Notes under the pieces: model-generated
Database searches by the model: none
Told to the model about the DNA's origin: nothing
What the model saw: only the letters and a program-made list of their open reading frames with translations
Made by a program: the position numbers and the translations under genes
Assembly (NCBI GenBank): GCA_049968235.1
Contig: JBMFRC010000010.1
Coordinates: 1-64,000 of the forward strand
Source of the DNA: Candidatus Hydrogenedens sp.
GTDB lineage: Bacteria > Hydrogenedentota > Hydrogenedentia > Hydrogenedentales > Hydrogenedentaceae
DNA length: 64,000 bases
Direction of reading: 5' to 3'
Shown here: piece after piece, positions 1 through 10,423 of the stretch
Layout: each line of letters starts with the position of its first letter
Position numbering within the stretch: the first letter of the stretch is position 1

Positions 1-493
1 TACATAATTTATAATGGTCGCCAATAAATTGTCTTATATCTCGTTGGAATTCTGCTGGATTTTTTATATCATACTTTTCAAACTCTCTCGCAAATTCTAA
101 AAATGTTTCATGATTTTTCCACCATGTATCATGTAAAGGCTTAAATTCTTTATATGCTTTTTCCTGTTCAGACGTAAGTTTTATACCTTCAATTAAATCA
201 AATGCTTTTTTAAATTCTTCTTTTGCCTGTTCGAATCTTTTATACTGCGCAGTTCTTATCTCGTCAGTTGCTTCTGTGGATAACAATGAACTTTCACCTG
301 CCAAAACGCGCGGATATTGGGCTCTTATTATATATGTATCTGTTAATGGTAATGAACGAGTTGTTAATGCATTAATAGTTTTTGAAATCTGCCAGACAGA
401 GATAAGACCTACAAGACCTACTATGACTAAAATAAAAGTCAATAATCCGAAACCAATTGCAAGTCTCTTTCCAATAGTTAAACTCTTTTTCAT
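1..493 (-). CDS. Methyl-accepting chemotaxis protein-like sensor, N-terminal part only; 3' end runs off the left edge of the window
   Basis: Reverse-strand ORF begins with ATG (revcomp of 491-493) and reads MKKSLTIGKRLAIGFGLLTFILVIVGLVGLISVWQISKTINALTTRSLPLTDTYIIRAQYPRVLAGESS... with no stop before position 1. An N-terminal TM helix followed by a helical sensor is typical of the 4HB_MCP/MCP N-terminus. It is absent from the ORF track because it is truncated. Confidence 0.45.
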   Translation of the reverse strand, partial: MKKSLTIGKRLAIGFGLLTFILVIVGLVGLISVWQISKTINALTTRSLPLTDTYIIRAQYPRVLAGESSLLSTEATDEIRTAQYKRFEQAKEEFKKAFDLIEGIKLTSEQEKAYKEFKPLHDTWWKNHETFLEFAREFEKYDIKNPAEFQRDIRQFIGDHYKLC

Positions 494-605
494 AACTTAA
501 CCTCCTCTGTTTAAATTCAATTTTACTTGCTTTACAATCTAAAATATCATAATTTTATTAGGGAAGTAAAGTTTTTTACGGGATATTCGGTTTTTTTTTG
601 AAATA

Positions 606-2156
606 TTATTTTTTTACTTTATATAACTTAAGATTAATTCCTAATTTTTTTATTTTTGCTCTTAATGTGTTTGGATTTACACCTAATAGTTCTGCACATC
701 CTCCTTTACCATCAATTTTCCCATTTGTTCTGGATAAAACATATTCAATATATCTTTTATTATATTCATTTAAAGGTATAATCTCTTCAGTTTCTTCCTT
801 ACTTTTATGCATAAATATTATTTGCTTTGTATTTGATAAACCCAGGGCATGTGCTATTTCTAACTTCTTACCATTCCCTAAAATAGCCGAACGGTCAATT
901 ACAGAAGCAAGTTCACGAACATTTCCCGGCCATGAATAATGACAGAGAAGTTCTATATCATCTTCCGTGGGATAGACCACCGGTAAACTAAATCGTTGTG
1001 CTGATTTCTCTGCAAAATATTTTGCCATTTCCGGAATATCTTCTTTCCTTTCTCTTAGTGGTGGTAATATGATAGGAAATGTTGAGATACGGTAGAACAA
1101 ATCTTCACGGAATTTTTTTTCAACTACCAATTGTGCAAGGTCAGAATTGGTTGCAGTAACAAGACGCACATCTACATGAATAGGTTCTTTTCCACCTACC
1201 CTTTCAAACCAGCCATCCTGTAAAATTCGAAGTAGCCGAACCTGTGCATGCAAAGGTAAATCTCCTATTTCATCCAGAAATAAAGTGCCTCCATCAGCCC
1301 GTTCAAACCAACCGATATGTTTTTCAACAGCACCCGTAAAAGAACCTTTCTCATGACCAAATAATTGTGAATCAATCAACTCCGGTGGGATAGCCCCGCA
1401 ATTAACGCGTATTATTGGTCCCTGTGCCCTATTTGAATTTTTATGTAATGCACGAGCAATAAGTTCTTTACCCGTTCCTGTCTCACCTAAAATTAATACA
1501 GGCAGGTCTGAACTGGCTACTAATTTAACCCGCTCCATAACATATTTTAAGCCTGTATTTTCTCCTATAATTCGTTCACCAAACGATTCCCTACCTAACT
1601 TTCGTAACAGGTTTATTTTTTCCGCTTCTTCCGCTTTCTTTAATGTCTCCATTTCGAGAATTCGAATATGATTTGCCAGTGCCACTGAAAAAGGCTTTTG
1701 AAGTATTTTTAGTATATCCTTAATTCTATCAGGAATTAGACCATTCTTTTTTAATACCCCTATCAAAATCCCTTCTATACTTTTATCAACTTCTAATGGA
1801 GATAGAAAAATAGAAGAAAACCATTCATGCTCATAGAAAGATGAAAGAATAGTAAACAGATAGCCAGGAAGAGAAATTTCCGTTCCCTGAAACACCGATT
1901 TTTCTACAGAAAATTTCTGTAATTGATTTATCATTTCCTCAGTTAAAGATATATGATTCATCTTGTGCATTTTTGTAGGCTTAGGTGTAGATATAAGTTC
2001 TAATATCTTCAATTTTCTGTGTATAACCAGAATATCTATGCTTTCTAATGTAAATATTTCTTTTTTTATTTCAGGAATGATTCTGATTAAAAAATCTTCT
2101 ATTCTATTATGTTTTGCAACCTCTTTCCATATAGTCAATAACGAATCTTTGTTCAT
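606..2156 (-). CDS. Sigma-54-dependent transcriptional activator (bEBP): N-terminal sensory GAF-like domain, AAA+ sigma-54 interaction domain, C-terminal Fis-type HTH
   Basis: Walker A GETGTGKE. GAFTGA-region motif ESQLFGHEKGSFTGA. Sigma-54 interaction domain signatures are present (LFLDEIGDLPLHAQVRLLRILQDG, FREDLFYRI). C-terminal HTH EYVLSRTNGKIDGKGGCAELLGVNPNTLRAKIKKLGI. Confidence 0.85.
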   Translation of the reverse strand: MNKDSLLTIWKEVAKHNRIEDFLIRIIPEIKKEIFTLESIDILVIHRKLKILELISTPKPTKMHKMNHISLTEEMINQLQKFSVEKSVFQGTEISLPGYLFTILSSFYEHEWFSSIFLSPLEVDKSIEGILIGVLKKNGLIPDRIKDILKILQKPFSVALANHIRILEMETLKKAEEAEKINLLRKLGRESFGERIIGENTGLKYVMERVKLVASSDLPVLILGETGTGKELIARALHKNSNRAQGPIIRVNCGAIPPELIDSQLFGHEKGSFTGAVEKHIGWFERADGGTLFLDEIGDLPLHAQVRLLRILQDGWFERVGGKEPIHVDVRLVTATNSDLAQLVVEKKFREDLFYRISTFPIILPPLRERKEDIPEMAKYFAEKSAQRFSLPVVYPTEDDIELLCHYSWPGNVRELASVIDRSAILGNGKKLEIAHALGLSNTKQIIFMHKSKEETEEIIPLNEYNKRYIEYVLSRTNGKIDGKGGCAELLGVNPNTLRAKIKKLGINLKLYKVKK

Positions 2157-2293
2157 AGCCTATCCTTTATATATCGTGTTTATTTCCACCATATATTTCA
2201 GTATTATATTTTATATAATTCCACTAAATATTTCAAATATAAAAAGTTGATATTTGACAGTTATTTATATAGTAAAATATATCTCTATAATAT

Positions 2294-2308
2294 TGGCACT
2301 TTTTTTGC
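2294..2308 (+). promoter_or_regulatory. Sigma-54 (RpoN) -24/-12 promoter upstream of cysP
   Basis: TTGGCAC-TTTTT-TTGCT read directly from the sequence. GG is at 2295-2296 and GC at 2307-2308, so the second G of GG and the G of GC are exactly 11 nt apart, matching the consensus TGGCAC-N5-TTGC. The element lies 32 nt upstream of the cysP ATG and divergent from the bEBP gene. Confidence 0.6.
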
Positions 2309-2339
2309 TCATAACATAACATAAGTTAAGGAGTATTAT

Positions 2340-3335
2340 ATGTTTAAAAGGTTTATGTTTTTTTGCATAATAATTAATTTCTTTTTAGGATATTGCTTTG
2401 GTGAAACAATAGAATTATTAAATGTCTCTTATGACCCAACACGGGAATTATATAAAGAAATCAATATAGTTTTTGCTGAGAAATGGAAAAAGGAAAATGG
2501 AAACGAATTAAATATTAAAATGTCTCATGGCGGTTCTGGTAAACAAGCCCGTTCTGTCATGGAAGGATTAGAGGCAGACGTCGTAACTTTAGCATTAGCC
2601 TATGATATAGATATGATTGCAAAAATGAGGGGGCTTTTGTCTCCGAATTGGCAAAAGCAATTACCCAATAACAGTTGTCCCTATACTTCAACAATTGTTT
2701 TCCTTGTTCGAAAAGGAAATCCAAAAAATATTAAAACCTGGGATGACTTAATTCGACCTGATGTGCAGGTGATAACGCCAAATCCTAAGACTTCTGGAGG
2801 TGCACGCTGGTGTTATTTGGCATGTTGGGGGTATGCGTACCGCAAGGCAGGTATTGAACATGCACGAGACTTTGTGAAAAAGGTATATAAAAATGTCCCT
2901 GTATTGGATACAGGAGCAAGGGGTTCAACCAATACCTTTCTTCAAGGTATTGGAGATGTTCTGTTAAGTTGGGAAAATGAAGCATTTCTTGCAATACAGG
3001 AAACACAAAATAGTCTTGAAGTTGTTTCCCCTGGAGAAAGTATATTAGCAGAACCTCCTGTTGCTGTTATAGATAAATATGTAGAAAAACATAAGACAAG
3101 AGATATTGCACAGGAATATCTTAAATTTCTTTATTCAGACGAGGCACAGAATATAATTGTAAAACATTTTTATCGTTGTAGTAACACTGCTATATTTGAA
3201 AAATTTCAAAACAAATTTCTAAATGTTAAATTGTTTCGACTTGAGGAATTGTATCCCGGTGGATGGGAAGAGGCACATAAAATTCACTTTTCAGATGGGG
3301 GGATATTTGACCAGATTATGTTAGAAAGAAAGTAA
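2340..3335 (+). CDS. cysP: Sulfate/thiosulfate ABC transporter substrate-binding protein
   Basis: Conserved Sbp/CysP blocks: [89 protein letters not shown]. An N-terminal signal peptide is present. Confidence 0.9.
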   Translation: MFKRFMFFCIIINFFLGYCFGETIELLNVSYDPTRELYKEINIVFAEKWKKENGNELNIKMSHGGSGKQARSVMEGLEADVVTLALAYDIDMIAKMRGLLSPNWQKQLPNNSCPYTSTIVFLVRKGNPKNIKTWDDLIRPDVQVITPNPKTSGGARWCYLACWGYAYRKAGIEHARDFVKKVYKNVPVLDTGARGSTNTFLQGIGDVLLSWENEAFLAIQETQNSLEVVSPGESILAEPPVAVIDKYVEKHKTRDIAQEYLKFLYSDEAQNIIVKHFYRCSNTAIFEKFQNKFLNVKLFRLEELYPGGWEEAHKIHFSDGGIFDQIMLERK

Positions 3336-3338
3336 AGG

Positions 3339-4175
3339 ATGAAAAAAATATTAAATAAAAAATCTGTTCTACCCGGATATGGTCTTTCATTGGGTATAAC
3401 ATGGTTATATTTAAGTTTAATTATTCTCCTTCCACTATCCACACTATACATTAAAGTTTTTAGTGGGTCCTTAAATGATTTTATTTCCGCTGTTTTTTCG
3501 ATAAGAGCCATAAAAGCATATCAGGTATCCTTCGGATTATCTTTTATATCCGCCTGCATAAATTCTTTGTTCGGATTTCTTGTTGCATGGGTTATTGTGC
3601 GGTATAAAATTCCTTTTAAGGGCTTCTGGGATGCATTGATTGATTTACCATTTGCTCTACCTACATCAGTTGCAGGAATTTCATTAACATGGTTATATGG
3701 ACCTCGAGGCTGGATAGGTTCATTTTTAGAGTCGCATGGATTTAAGGTTGTTTTTACCCCTATCGGTATAGCAATTGCAATGATTTTTGTGAGTTTCCCT
3801 TTTGCAGTCAGAACAATAGAACCTGTATTGAGGGATTTAGACCCGGAGGTAGAAGAATCAGCCCGATGTTTAGGTGCTTCTCGCTTGAACATTTTTCAAA
3901 AAATCATATTTCCGACAATTCTTCCTTCAATGCTAACAGGATTTACACTGAGCTTTGCTCGGTCTATGGGTGAATATGGTTCTGTCATTTTTATTGCGGG
4001 GAACCAACCATTAAAAACAGAAATAGCCCCATTATTAATTGTAATGCGATTAGAAGAATATGACTATTATGGTTCTGCTTCCATCGCTGTATTTCTTTTA
4101 ACTGTATCTTTCTTATTACTTTTGTGCTTAAATTTTATACAATTCTGGAATAAACGCTACTCAGGGATTACATAA
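3339..4175 (+). CDS. cysT: Sulfate ABC transporter permease CysT (CysU)
   Basis: 278 aa polytopic protein with the ABC permease EAA-like loop region (ESARCLGASRLNIFQKIIFP). Its position between sbp and cysW matches the canonical operon order. Confidence 0.85.
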   Translation: MKKILNKKSVLPGYGLSLGITWLYLSLIILLPLSTLYIKVFSGSLNDFISAVFSIRAIKAYQVSFGLSFISACINSLFGFLVAWVIVRYKIPFKGFWDALIDLPFALPTSVAGISLTWLYGPRGWIGSFLESHGFKVVFTPIGIAIAMIFVSFPFAVRTIEPVLRDLDPEVEESARCLGASRLNIFQKIIFPTILPSMLTGFTLSFARSMGEYGSVIFIAGNQPLKTEIAPLLIVMRLEEYDYYGSASIAVFLLTVSFLLLLCLNFIQFWNKRYSGIT

Positions 4176-4178
4176 ATT

Positions 4179-5027
4179 ATGAGAATGAAAAGATTGCTTG
4201 TGATATGTTTCCATTTATTTCTTATTACAGTTGCTCTGTGTTTTCTTCTTTTGTTCCTTGTTATACCTCTGTTTGTAGTATTTTTCAATGCATTTATTCA
4301 GGGTATTTCTGTATATGCAGGTAATATTACTCGTAAAGAAACTATCGAATCTATTCTCTTAACCTTAAAAATATTACTCATTGTCTTACCTTTGAATACA
4401 TTTTTTGGTATAGCATGTGCCTGGTATATTACCCGATATACATTTCGAGGGAAGAAAATACTTCTTACCTTTTTAGATTTGCCTTTTACAGTCTCCCCTG
4501 TTGTTGCAGGGACAATATTTGTCTTGTTGTTTTCAGTGAACGGTTTGTTAGGTAAAATTGTGGAAAAGTGGGACATTCAAATTATATTTGCTTTTCCTGG
4601 AATGGTTCTTGCGACATTGTTTGTAACTTTTCCCTTTGTAGCCAGAGAGTTAATACCTATTATGGAGGAACAGGGACAGGAAATGGAAGAAGCGGGAAGA
4701 ATGTTAGGAGCCAATACATGGCAGATATTACTAAAAATTACATTACCGAATATACGTTGGGCTTTATTTTATGGTATGGTTTTGTGTTCTGCACGTTGTG
4801 TAGGTGAATTTGGAGCAGTTTCTGTTGTTTCAGGGCATATACGGGGAAAGACCATAACTGTTCCTCTGGAAGTGGAGATTTTATATAACGAATATAACCT
4901 GATAGGTGCTTTCTGTGTAGCAAGTTTACTTTGTGTTATCGGAATTGTAAGTTTAATATTCCGCAAGTGGATAGAAAAAAGAGACCCACTTTATTTATAT
5001 ATGAAAACACATAAATATGGAGATTAG
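4179..5027 (+). CDS. cysW: Sulfate ABC transporter permease CysW
   Basis: 282 aa polytopic permease with the EAA loop ([27 protein letters not shown]), placed immediately before cysA. Confidence 0.85.
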   Translation: MRMKRLLVICFHLFLITVALCFLLLFLVIPLFVVFFNAFIQGISVYAGNITRKETIESILLTLKILLIVLPLNTFFGIACAWYITRYTFRGKKILLTFLDLPFTVSPVVAGTIFVLLFSVNGLLGKIVEKWDIQIIFAFPGMVLATLFVTFPFVARELIPIMEEQGQEMEEAGRMLGANTWQILLKITLPNIRWALFYGMVLCSARCVGEFGAVSVVSGHIRGKTITVPLEVEILYNEYNLIGAFCVASLLCVIGIVSLIFRKWIEKRDPLYLYMKTHKYGD

Positions 5028-5035
5028 ATTTTAAA

Positions 5036-6082
5036 ATGAGCATTGAAATAATTGGTGTTTCAAAGAAATTTGGGTCTTTTGTGGCTGTAGATAATGTAAG
5101 TTTTTCTATTGATAGAGGGGAATTACTGGCACTGTTAGGTCCTTCAGGTTCGGGCAAAACAACTATACTACGAATTATAGCAGGTCTTGAACGGGCGGAT
5201 TCGGGAAGTGTTATTTTGGAAGGCAGGGATGTGACAAAAGAGGACCCTCGCGACAGAGGTATAGGTTTCGTATTTCAGCACTATGCCCTTTTCCGGCACA
5301 TGACTGTATTCGAAAATGTGGCATTTGGTTTGCGAGTAAAACCTCGTAGGGTAAGACCCAGCGAATCTGAAATACGAAAGAGAGTGATGGATTTATTAAC
5401 ACTGGTGCAGTTAGACTTTTTAGCCAATCATTATCCCATGCAACTTTCTGGCGGTCAGAGACAGCGGGTAGCATTAGCAAGGGCTTTGGCAATCCAACCG
5501 TCTATTTTACTTTTAGATGAACCGTTTGGTTCATTAGACGCTCGAGTTCGTAAAGAATTACGAAGATGGTTACGAAAACTACATGATGAAATACATGTTA
5601 CAAGTGTTTTTGTTACTCATGACCAGGAAGAAGCCCTTGAGGTTTCTGACCGCGTCGTTATTATGAATCAGGGAAGAATTGAACAAATAGGTTCACCGGA
5701 AGAGGTATATTTTTCTCCTAAAACTCCGTTTGTTTTCCAATTTTTAGGTGATGTTAATCTATTTCATGCCCGTGAATTGAGTAATGGAGAAATTGTATTT
5801 TTGCCGGATGATTCCAGAGGAGTAGAAAAAAGTGTTTTTGTTAGACCGAACCAAATATCCATAGCACTCCATTTATCGGAAGAAAATCCTATTCCAGCAA
5901 CGATTCAATATATCAACACAGCTGGACCAATGGTAAAGATAGAACTATCGGATAAAAAAGGGAATCCTTTGTTAGCTTTTATTTCCATTGAAGAATTTCA
6001 AAAGTTAAACTTAAAAAAGAATATGAATGTTTTCTTAGGTGTAAAAGCGCATCACTTTTTTGATAATCTAACTAATTTTTAA
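5036..6082 (+). CDS. cysA: Sulfate/thiosulfate import ATP-binding protein CysA (ABC ATPase with C-terminal TOBE-like domain)
   Basis: Walker [10 protein letters not shown], signature [15 protein letters not shown], Walker [13 protein letters not shown]-loop VTHD. The roughly 100 aa C-terminal extension is typical of CysA/ModC-type TOBE domains. Confidence 0.9.
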   Translation: MSIEIIGVSKKFGSFVAVDNVSFSIDRGELLALLGPSGSGKTTILRIIAGLERADSGSVILEGRDVTKEDPRDRGIGFVFQHYALFRHMTVFENVAFGLRVKPRRVRPSESEIRKRVMDLLTLVQLDFLANHYPMQLSGGQRQRVALARALAIQPSILLLDEPFGSLDARVRKELRRWLRKLHDEIHVTSVFVTHDQEEALEVSDRVVIMNQGRIEQIGSPEEVYFSPKTPFVFQFLGDVNLFHARELSNGEIVFLPDDSRGVEKSVFVRPNQISIALHLSEENPIPATIQYINTAGPMVKIELSDKKGNPLLAFISIEEFQKLNLKKNMNVFLGVKAHHFFDNLTNF

Positions 6083-6124
6083 TTTAACGAAACTTTTTCG
6101 TATAATTAAGAATCTTCTAATAGT

Positions 6125-6201
<77 letters not shown>

Positions 6202-6216
6202 TTTTATTATGTCATT

Positions 6217-7641
6217 TTATAGACTTCCCTCAAACTCCAAACCAATAACTGTATCATAGGGGTCAGGTTCAATCTTGGGCAGTTGAATAATAATATTCCC
6301 TTTTTTATTTATAGTTTTTACGGATTCAGAAGGTGCTTTTAATAACCATGCTTTAACAGGTTTTTTGTTTGTTGGGATATTAATTTTACCATCAGGTTCA
6401 TACTGGAAAACATGAGCATATAAGATAGTATTGCCATTTTCCATTTTCTTCTGGGTGTATCTGCCCCAGGACGGTTTATCAAATGGACTTGCTATAGTGC
6501 CATATATTGATTCGCTGTTAACACTCATCCATGTTCCTATTTCTTTTAATCTTTCAACAGATTCAGCTGGAAACTCGCCATTTGCCATTGGTCCTACATT
6601 GAGAAGGAAATTACCTCCTTTAGAAACAATTTCTACTAATAATTGAATTAATACTTTTGTGGATTTGAAAAATTTATCATATGCATTATAGCCCCAATGT
6701 TTATTCATAGTCATACAAGTTTCCCAATCGACACCGGGCAATCCTTTGGCAGGCACTTCTTGCTCAGGGGTTCCATAATCTCCAACATTTTCGCTTGTTG
6801 AAAGACCTTCCATCCCCGAACGACCTGTATCAACACGATTATTGATGATAATATCGGGCTGTAGAGAACGGACATAGTTGTACATATCCACACCTTTTTC
6901 ATGTGTCCATGTGTTTTCCCATTCTCCATCAAACCATAAAATACCTAAAGGTCCGTAATTATTTACGAGTTCTTTCAATTGTGCTTTCATATATTCCACA
7001 TAGCGGTTATAATTAGCATCTCCTTCCGGTCGTTGTTCTTTTTCCCATTCTCTTCGCGGGAGATAGTCCGGATGATGCCAATCCATTATGGAATAATAAA
7101 AACACATTTTAATACCTTCTTCTTTGCAGGCATCCGACAGTTCTTTCAATATATCTCTTTTGAATGGTGTTGACATTACATCCCAATCGGTTACTTTAGA
7201 ATCAAACAAGCAGAAGCCGTCATGATGTTTTGAAGTAATTACAATATATCTCATACCTGCATTTTTTGCCATTTTTACCCATTCTTTTGCATTAAAATTA
7301 ACAGGGTTAAATTGAGTAAGAAGTTTTTCATACTCCGGAAGGGGAATCTGTGCTTCGTGCCGTATCCATTCTCCATAGTGTGTTTTATCTCCCCATTTAC
7401 CTGCAGGAATTGCATACAAACCCCAATGTATAAAAAGTCCAAACCGTGCTTCTCTCCACCATTTCATTCTCTGGTCTTTTTGTTCTTTGGATTCTTTTGT
7501 ATAATCTTGTGCTATTGCGTTAAAAGAAAGTATTATAATACTCAAAGCAAGTATGATGGAATAAAGAAACATTTTTTGATGTGATTTAGTCATAATAGAT
7601 TTCCTTTTACTCTTTATGTGTTTTATCCGATTAAAATACAA
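6217..7641 (-). CDS. Alpha-L-fucosidase, glycoside hydrolase family 29, secreted
   Basis: GH29 signature HHDGFCLFDSKVTDWDV. N-terminal signal/TM segment (LYSIILALSIIILSFNAIAQD). Size (474 aa) is typical for GH29. Confidence 0.85.
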   Translation of the reverse strand: MYFNRIKHIKSKRKSIMTKSHQKMFLYSIILALSIIILSFNAIAQDYTKESKEQKDQRMKWWREARFGLFIHWGLYAIPAGKWGDKTHYGEWIRHEAQIPLPEYEKLLTQFNPVNFNAKEWVKMAKNAGMRYIVITSKHHDGFCLFDSKVTDWDVMSTPFKRDILKELSDACKEEGIKMCFYYSIMDWHHPDYLPRREWEKEQRPEGDANYNRYVEYMKAQLKELVNNYGPLGILWFDGEWENTWTHEKGVDMYNYVRSLQPDIIINNRVDTGRSGMEGLSTSENVGDYGTPEQEVPAKGLPGVDWETCMTMNKHWGYNAYDKFFKSTKVLIQLLVEIVSKGGNFLLNVGPMANGEFPAESVERLKEIGTWMSVNSESIYGTIASPFDKPSWGRYTQKKMENGNTILYAHVFQYEPDGKINIPTNKKPVKAWLLKAPSESVKTINKKGNIIIQLPKIEPDPYDTVIGLEFEGSL

Positions 7642-7724
7642 TAAGACAAAAGTTGTTTGAAAATCAAAAATAAATTTAACAATATTTGAATATATTTTTT
7701 TTAGTGTTATAATATAAGAAAGAG

Positions 7725-8231
7725 TTGAATATGAGGGTTTATTTAAGTATTGGTAGTAATATGGGTAAACGGTTTGATAATATTACCCATGCCCTCAGAA
7801 AATTAAATGAAGTTTTCAAAACGAAAGTAAAAAAGGCTTCGAATATATATGAAACGGAGCCGGTAGGGAATAAAAATCAACCTACATTTTTGAATATTGC
7901 AGTGGAGATTGAGACGGAATTAAGTCCGCTTGAACTCCTGAGCGAAATAAAAAAAATTGAATATCAATTAGGAAGGACACATAGACAAGAACGGTGGATA
8001 CCACGCATTATTGATATCGATATAATTTTCTATGATGATTTGATTTTCAATGATGTGCAATTAGTTCTTCCTCATGCAGAGTTTCGCAAGCGTCGTTTTG
8101 TTTTGCAACCTCTTGCAGATTTATGTAGCAGTAAAGTTGACCCCGTTACGGGTAAGACAATTGAAGAGTTGCTGTTAAACCCGGAAGTTGAAGGTAAGGT
8201 GGTAAAAACAGAGTTAAAAGTAACTCCTTGA
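7725..8231 (+). CDS. folK: 2-amino-4-hydroxy-6-hydroxymethyldihydropteridine pyrophosphokinase (HPPK)
   Basis: 168 aa. HPPK N-terminal block VYLSIGSN and conserved ETEP, WIPRIIDIDII and LVLPH blocks. Confidence 0.85.
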   Translation: MNMRVYLSIGSNMGKRFDNITHALRKLNEVFKTKVKKASNIYETEPVGNKNQPTFLNIAVEIETELSPLELLSEIKKIEYQLGRTHRQERWIPRIIDIDIIFYDDLIFNDVQLVLPHAEFRKRRFVLQPLADLCSSKVDPVTGKTIEELLLNPEVEGKVVKTELKVTP

Positions 8232-8303
8232 ACCGCTCCGCTTGGAGCCCAAAAGGGACCGGGACGGATTCAGTTTGATGAAGTCACGGTTCAGGAGGAA
8301 AAG

Positions 8304-9098
8304 ATGAATAAAAAAGCAGTAAATCATTTTCTGGAACAAAAACGGAGAAAAGAAAAAATTGCTTTATTAACGGCATATGATTTTCCTATTGCACAATTGG
8401 TTGAAGAAGCAGGAGTAGATGGAATTTTAGTAGGTGATTCTTTAGGCATGGTAGTAATGGGAGGAGAAAATACTCTAAAAGTCTCAATGGATATAATGAC
8501 CTATCATACTTCCATTGTCTCACATGCTGTAAAAAACACTCTCGTAATAGCAGATATGCCCTTTTTGTCATATCAAATTTCATCAGAAGAAGCATTAAAA
8601 AATGCCGGTAGATTAATATCTGAAGGAGGAGCACAGGCAGTTAAATTGGAAGGTCCTGTATCAAAATATGGTGAAGCCATAGAAAAGATAATCAAAACGG
8701 GAATTCCTGTGATGGGACACATTGGATTAACTCCTCAATCTATACTTGAATTAGGGGGGTATAAAGTTCAGGGGCGTTCTGAAGCCTGCAGGAAAAGATT
8801 AAAGAAAGAGGCAAAAGAATTGCAAGAAGCAGGATGTTTTTCTATTGTGCTTGAATGTATCCCTTCCGATTTGGCAAAAGAAATAACCGGAAGTCTGGAA
8901 ATTCCAACAATAGGTATTGGTGCAGGACCCGATTGTGATGGACAAATACTTGTATGTTATGACATATTAGGCTGGGGAAAGGCTCGTTTTGCCAAAACAT
9001 ATATAAATGTCCGTGAAAATATGAAAGAGGCTTTTTCTACTTTCGTGAGTGAAGTAAAACAGGGTAAATATCCCGAAGAAAAGCATGGGTATACATAA
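8304..9098 (+). CDS. panB: 3-methyl-2-oxobutanoate hydroxymethyltransferase
   Basis: KPHMT blocks: [48 protein letters not shown]. Confidence 0.9.
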   Translation: MNKKAVNHFLEQKRRKEKIALLTAYDFPIAQLVEEAGVDGILVGDSLGMVVMGGENTLKVSMDIMTYHTSIVSHAVKNTLVIADMPFLSYQISSEEALKNAGRLISEGGAQAVKLEGPVSKYGEAIEKIIKTGIPVMGHIGLTPQSILELGGYKVQGRSEACRKRLKKEAKELQEAGCFSIVLECIPSDLAKEITGSLEIPTIGIGAGPDCDGQILVCYDILGWGKARFAKTYINVRENMKEAFSTFVSEVKQGKYPEEKHGYT

Positions 9099-9109
9099 GG
9101 AGAATAGGT

Positions 9110-9946
9110 ATGGAAATTATAAAGACACCAGAAGAAATGCGTAATTGGTCATTGATACAAAAAAAGGAAGGGCATACAATTGGTTTTGTTCCGACGATGG
9201 GGGCTCTTCATGAGGGACACTTGAGTTTAATGCGGGCTTCTGTAGCAGAAAACGATGTATCCGTAGTAAGTATTTTTGTCAATCCCACACAATTTGCACC
9301 TAATGAAGATTTTGAGGCTTATCCGCGTTCTTTTGAAAAAGATAGTAAAATGTGCTTTTCTATAGGTATAGATATTATCTACGCACCCACGGTAGAGACT
9401 ATGTATCCTGAAGATTATTCTACTTATGTGGTTGTAGAAAAGGTATCTGAAGGATTATGTGGAGCATCCCGTCCCCATTTCTTTCGGGGTGTGGCAACTA
9501 TAGTTACAAAATTATTTAATGCTGTATTACCAGATCGTGCTTATTTCGGTCAGAAAGATGCCCAGCAATGTGCAGTAATTAAAAGGATGGTTCGTGACTT
9601 AAATATGGGCACAGAAATCATTGAAATGCCTATTATTAGGGAACCTGATGGACTTGCAATGAGTTCTCGCAACCAATATTTAACTCCTGCTCAAAGAAAA
9701 GAAGCCCTGTGTTTATCAAGGGGATTGTTCAAAGTTGAGGAACTTATTAAAAAAGGAGAAAAATCTATTGAGCGTATAAAAGAAATCCTTGCTTTAGAAA
9801 TGGCTAATGTGGAAATTGACTACATAGAAATAGTAGATGCAGAAACAATGAAGCCAATTTATACCCTTCAAGGCGAAGTATTAATTGCAGTAGCCGCATG
9901 GGTAGGAAGAGCAAGATTAATTGATAACATAAAATTAAGAGTTTAA
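9110..9946 (+). CDS. panC: Pantoate--beta-alanine ligase
   Basis: [17 protein letters not shown] (HxGH motif), [23 protein letters not shown]. Confidence 0.9.
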   Translation: MEIIKTPEEMRNWSLIQKKEGHTIGFVPTMGALHEGHLSLMRASVAENDVSVVSIFVNPTQFAPNEDFEAYPRSFEKDSKMCFSIGIDIIYAPTVETMYPEDYSTYVVVEKVSEGLCGASRPHFFRGVATIVTKLFNAVLPDRAYFGQKDAQQCAVIKRMVRDLNMGTEIIEMPIIREPDGLAMSSRNQYLTPAQRKEALCLSRGLFKVEELIKKGEKSIERIKEILALEMANVEIDYIEIVDAETMKPIYTLQGEVLIAVAAWVGRARLIDNIKLRV

Positions 9947-9970
9947 CATTAGTGATATGGAGATTAAAAA

Positions 9971-10318
9971 ATGTTCCTAACAATGCTTAAAAGTAAAATT
10001 CACAGAGCAAAAATTACCCAGGCAAATTTGAATTATGAAGGAAGTATTACTATAGATAAAGATTTAATGAACAAAGCAAATATCTATCCCTATGAAGCAG
10101 TTCATGTATTTAATATTAATACCGGAGACCGTTTTACAACTTATGCTATTGAAGGTCCAGCAGGAAGTGGGGTAATTTGTTTAAATGGTGCGGCTGCCCG
10201 TTTGGGACAACCCGGCGATTTACTTATTATTGTTTCTTTTATTCAGATTCCCGAAGAGCAGGCGGAAAGATGGAAACCAACTATTGTTCATGTTGATAAG
10301 GATAATAAGCCTATCTAA
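9971..10318 (+). CDS. panD: Aspartate 1-decarboxylase
   Basis: [29 protein letters not shown] with the self-cleaving Gly-Ser (YEGSIT). 115 aa. Confidence 0.9.
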   Translation: MFLTMLKSKIHRAKITQANLNYEGSITIDKDLMNKANIYPYEAVHVFNINTGDRFTTYAIEGPAGSGVICLNGAAARLGQPGDLLIIVSFIQIPEEQAERWKPTIVHVDKDNKPI

Positions 10319-10423
10319 TTTAAATTCTTACCTAAAATTCATTTTCCCCAGTATCCTTCTCTATGAAAGGTTTCTATCTTTTTTGTTATTATAAACCTCT
10401 ATTATGTAATTTAAGGGTAATCA

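Noticed and set aside
276-500. 74 aa plus-strand ORF at the left end
   Set aside because: It lies entirely antisense to the better-supported MCP-like N-terminus (reverse strand 1-493). It has no RBS and is judged a shadow ORF.
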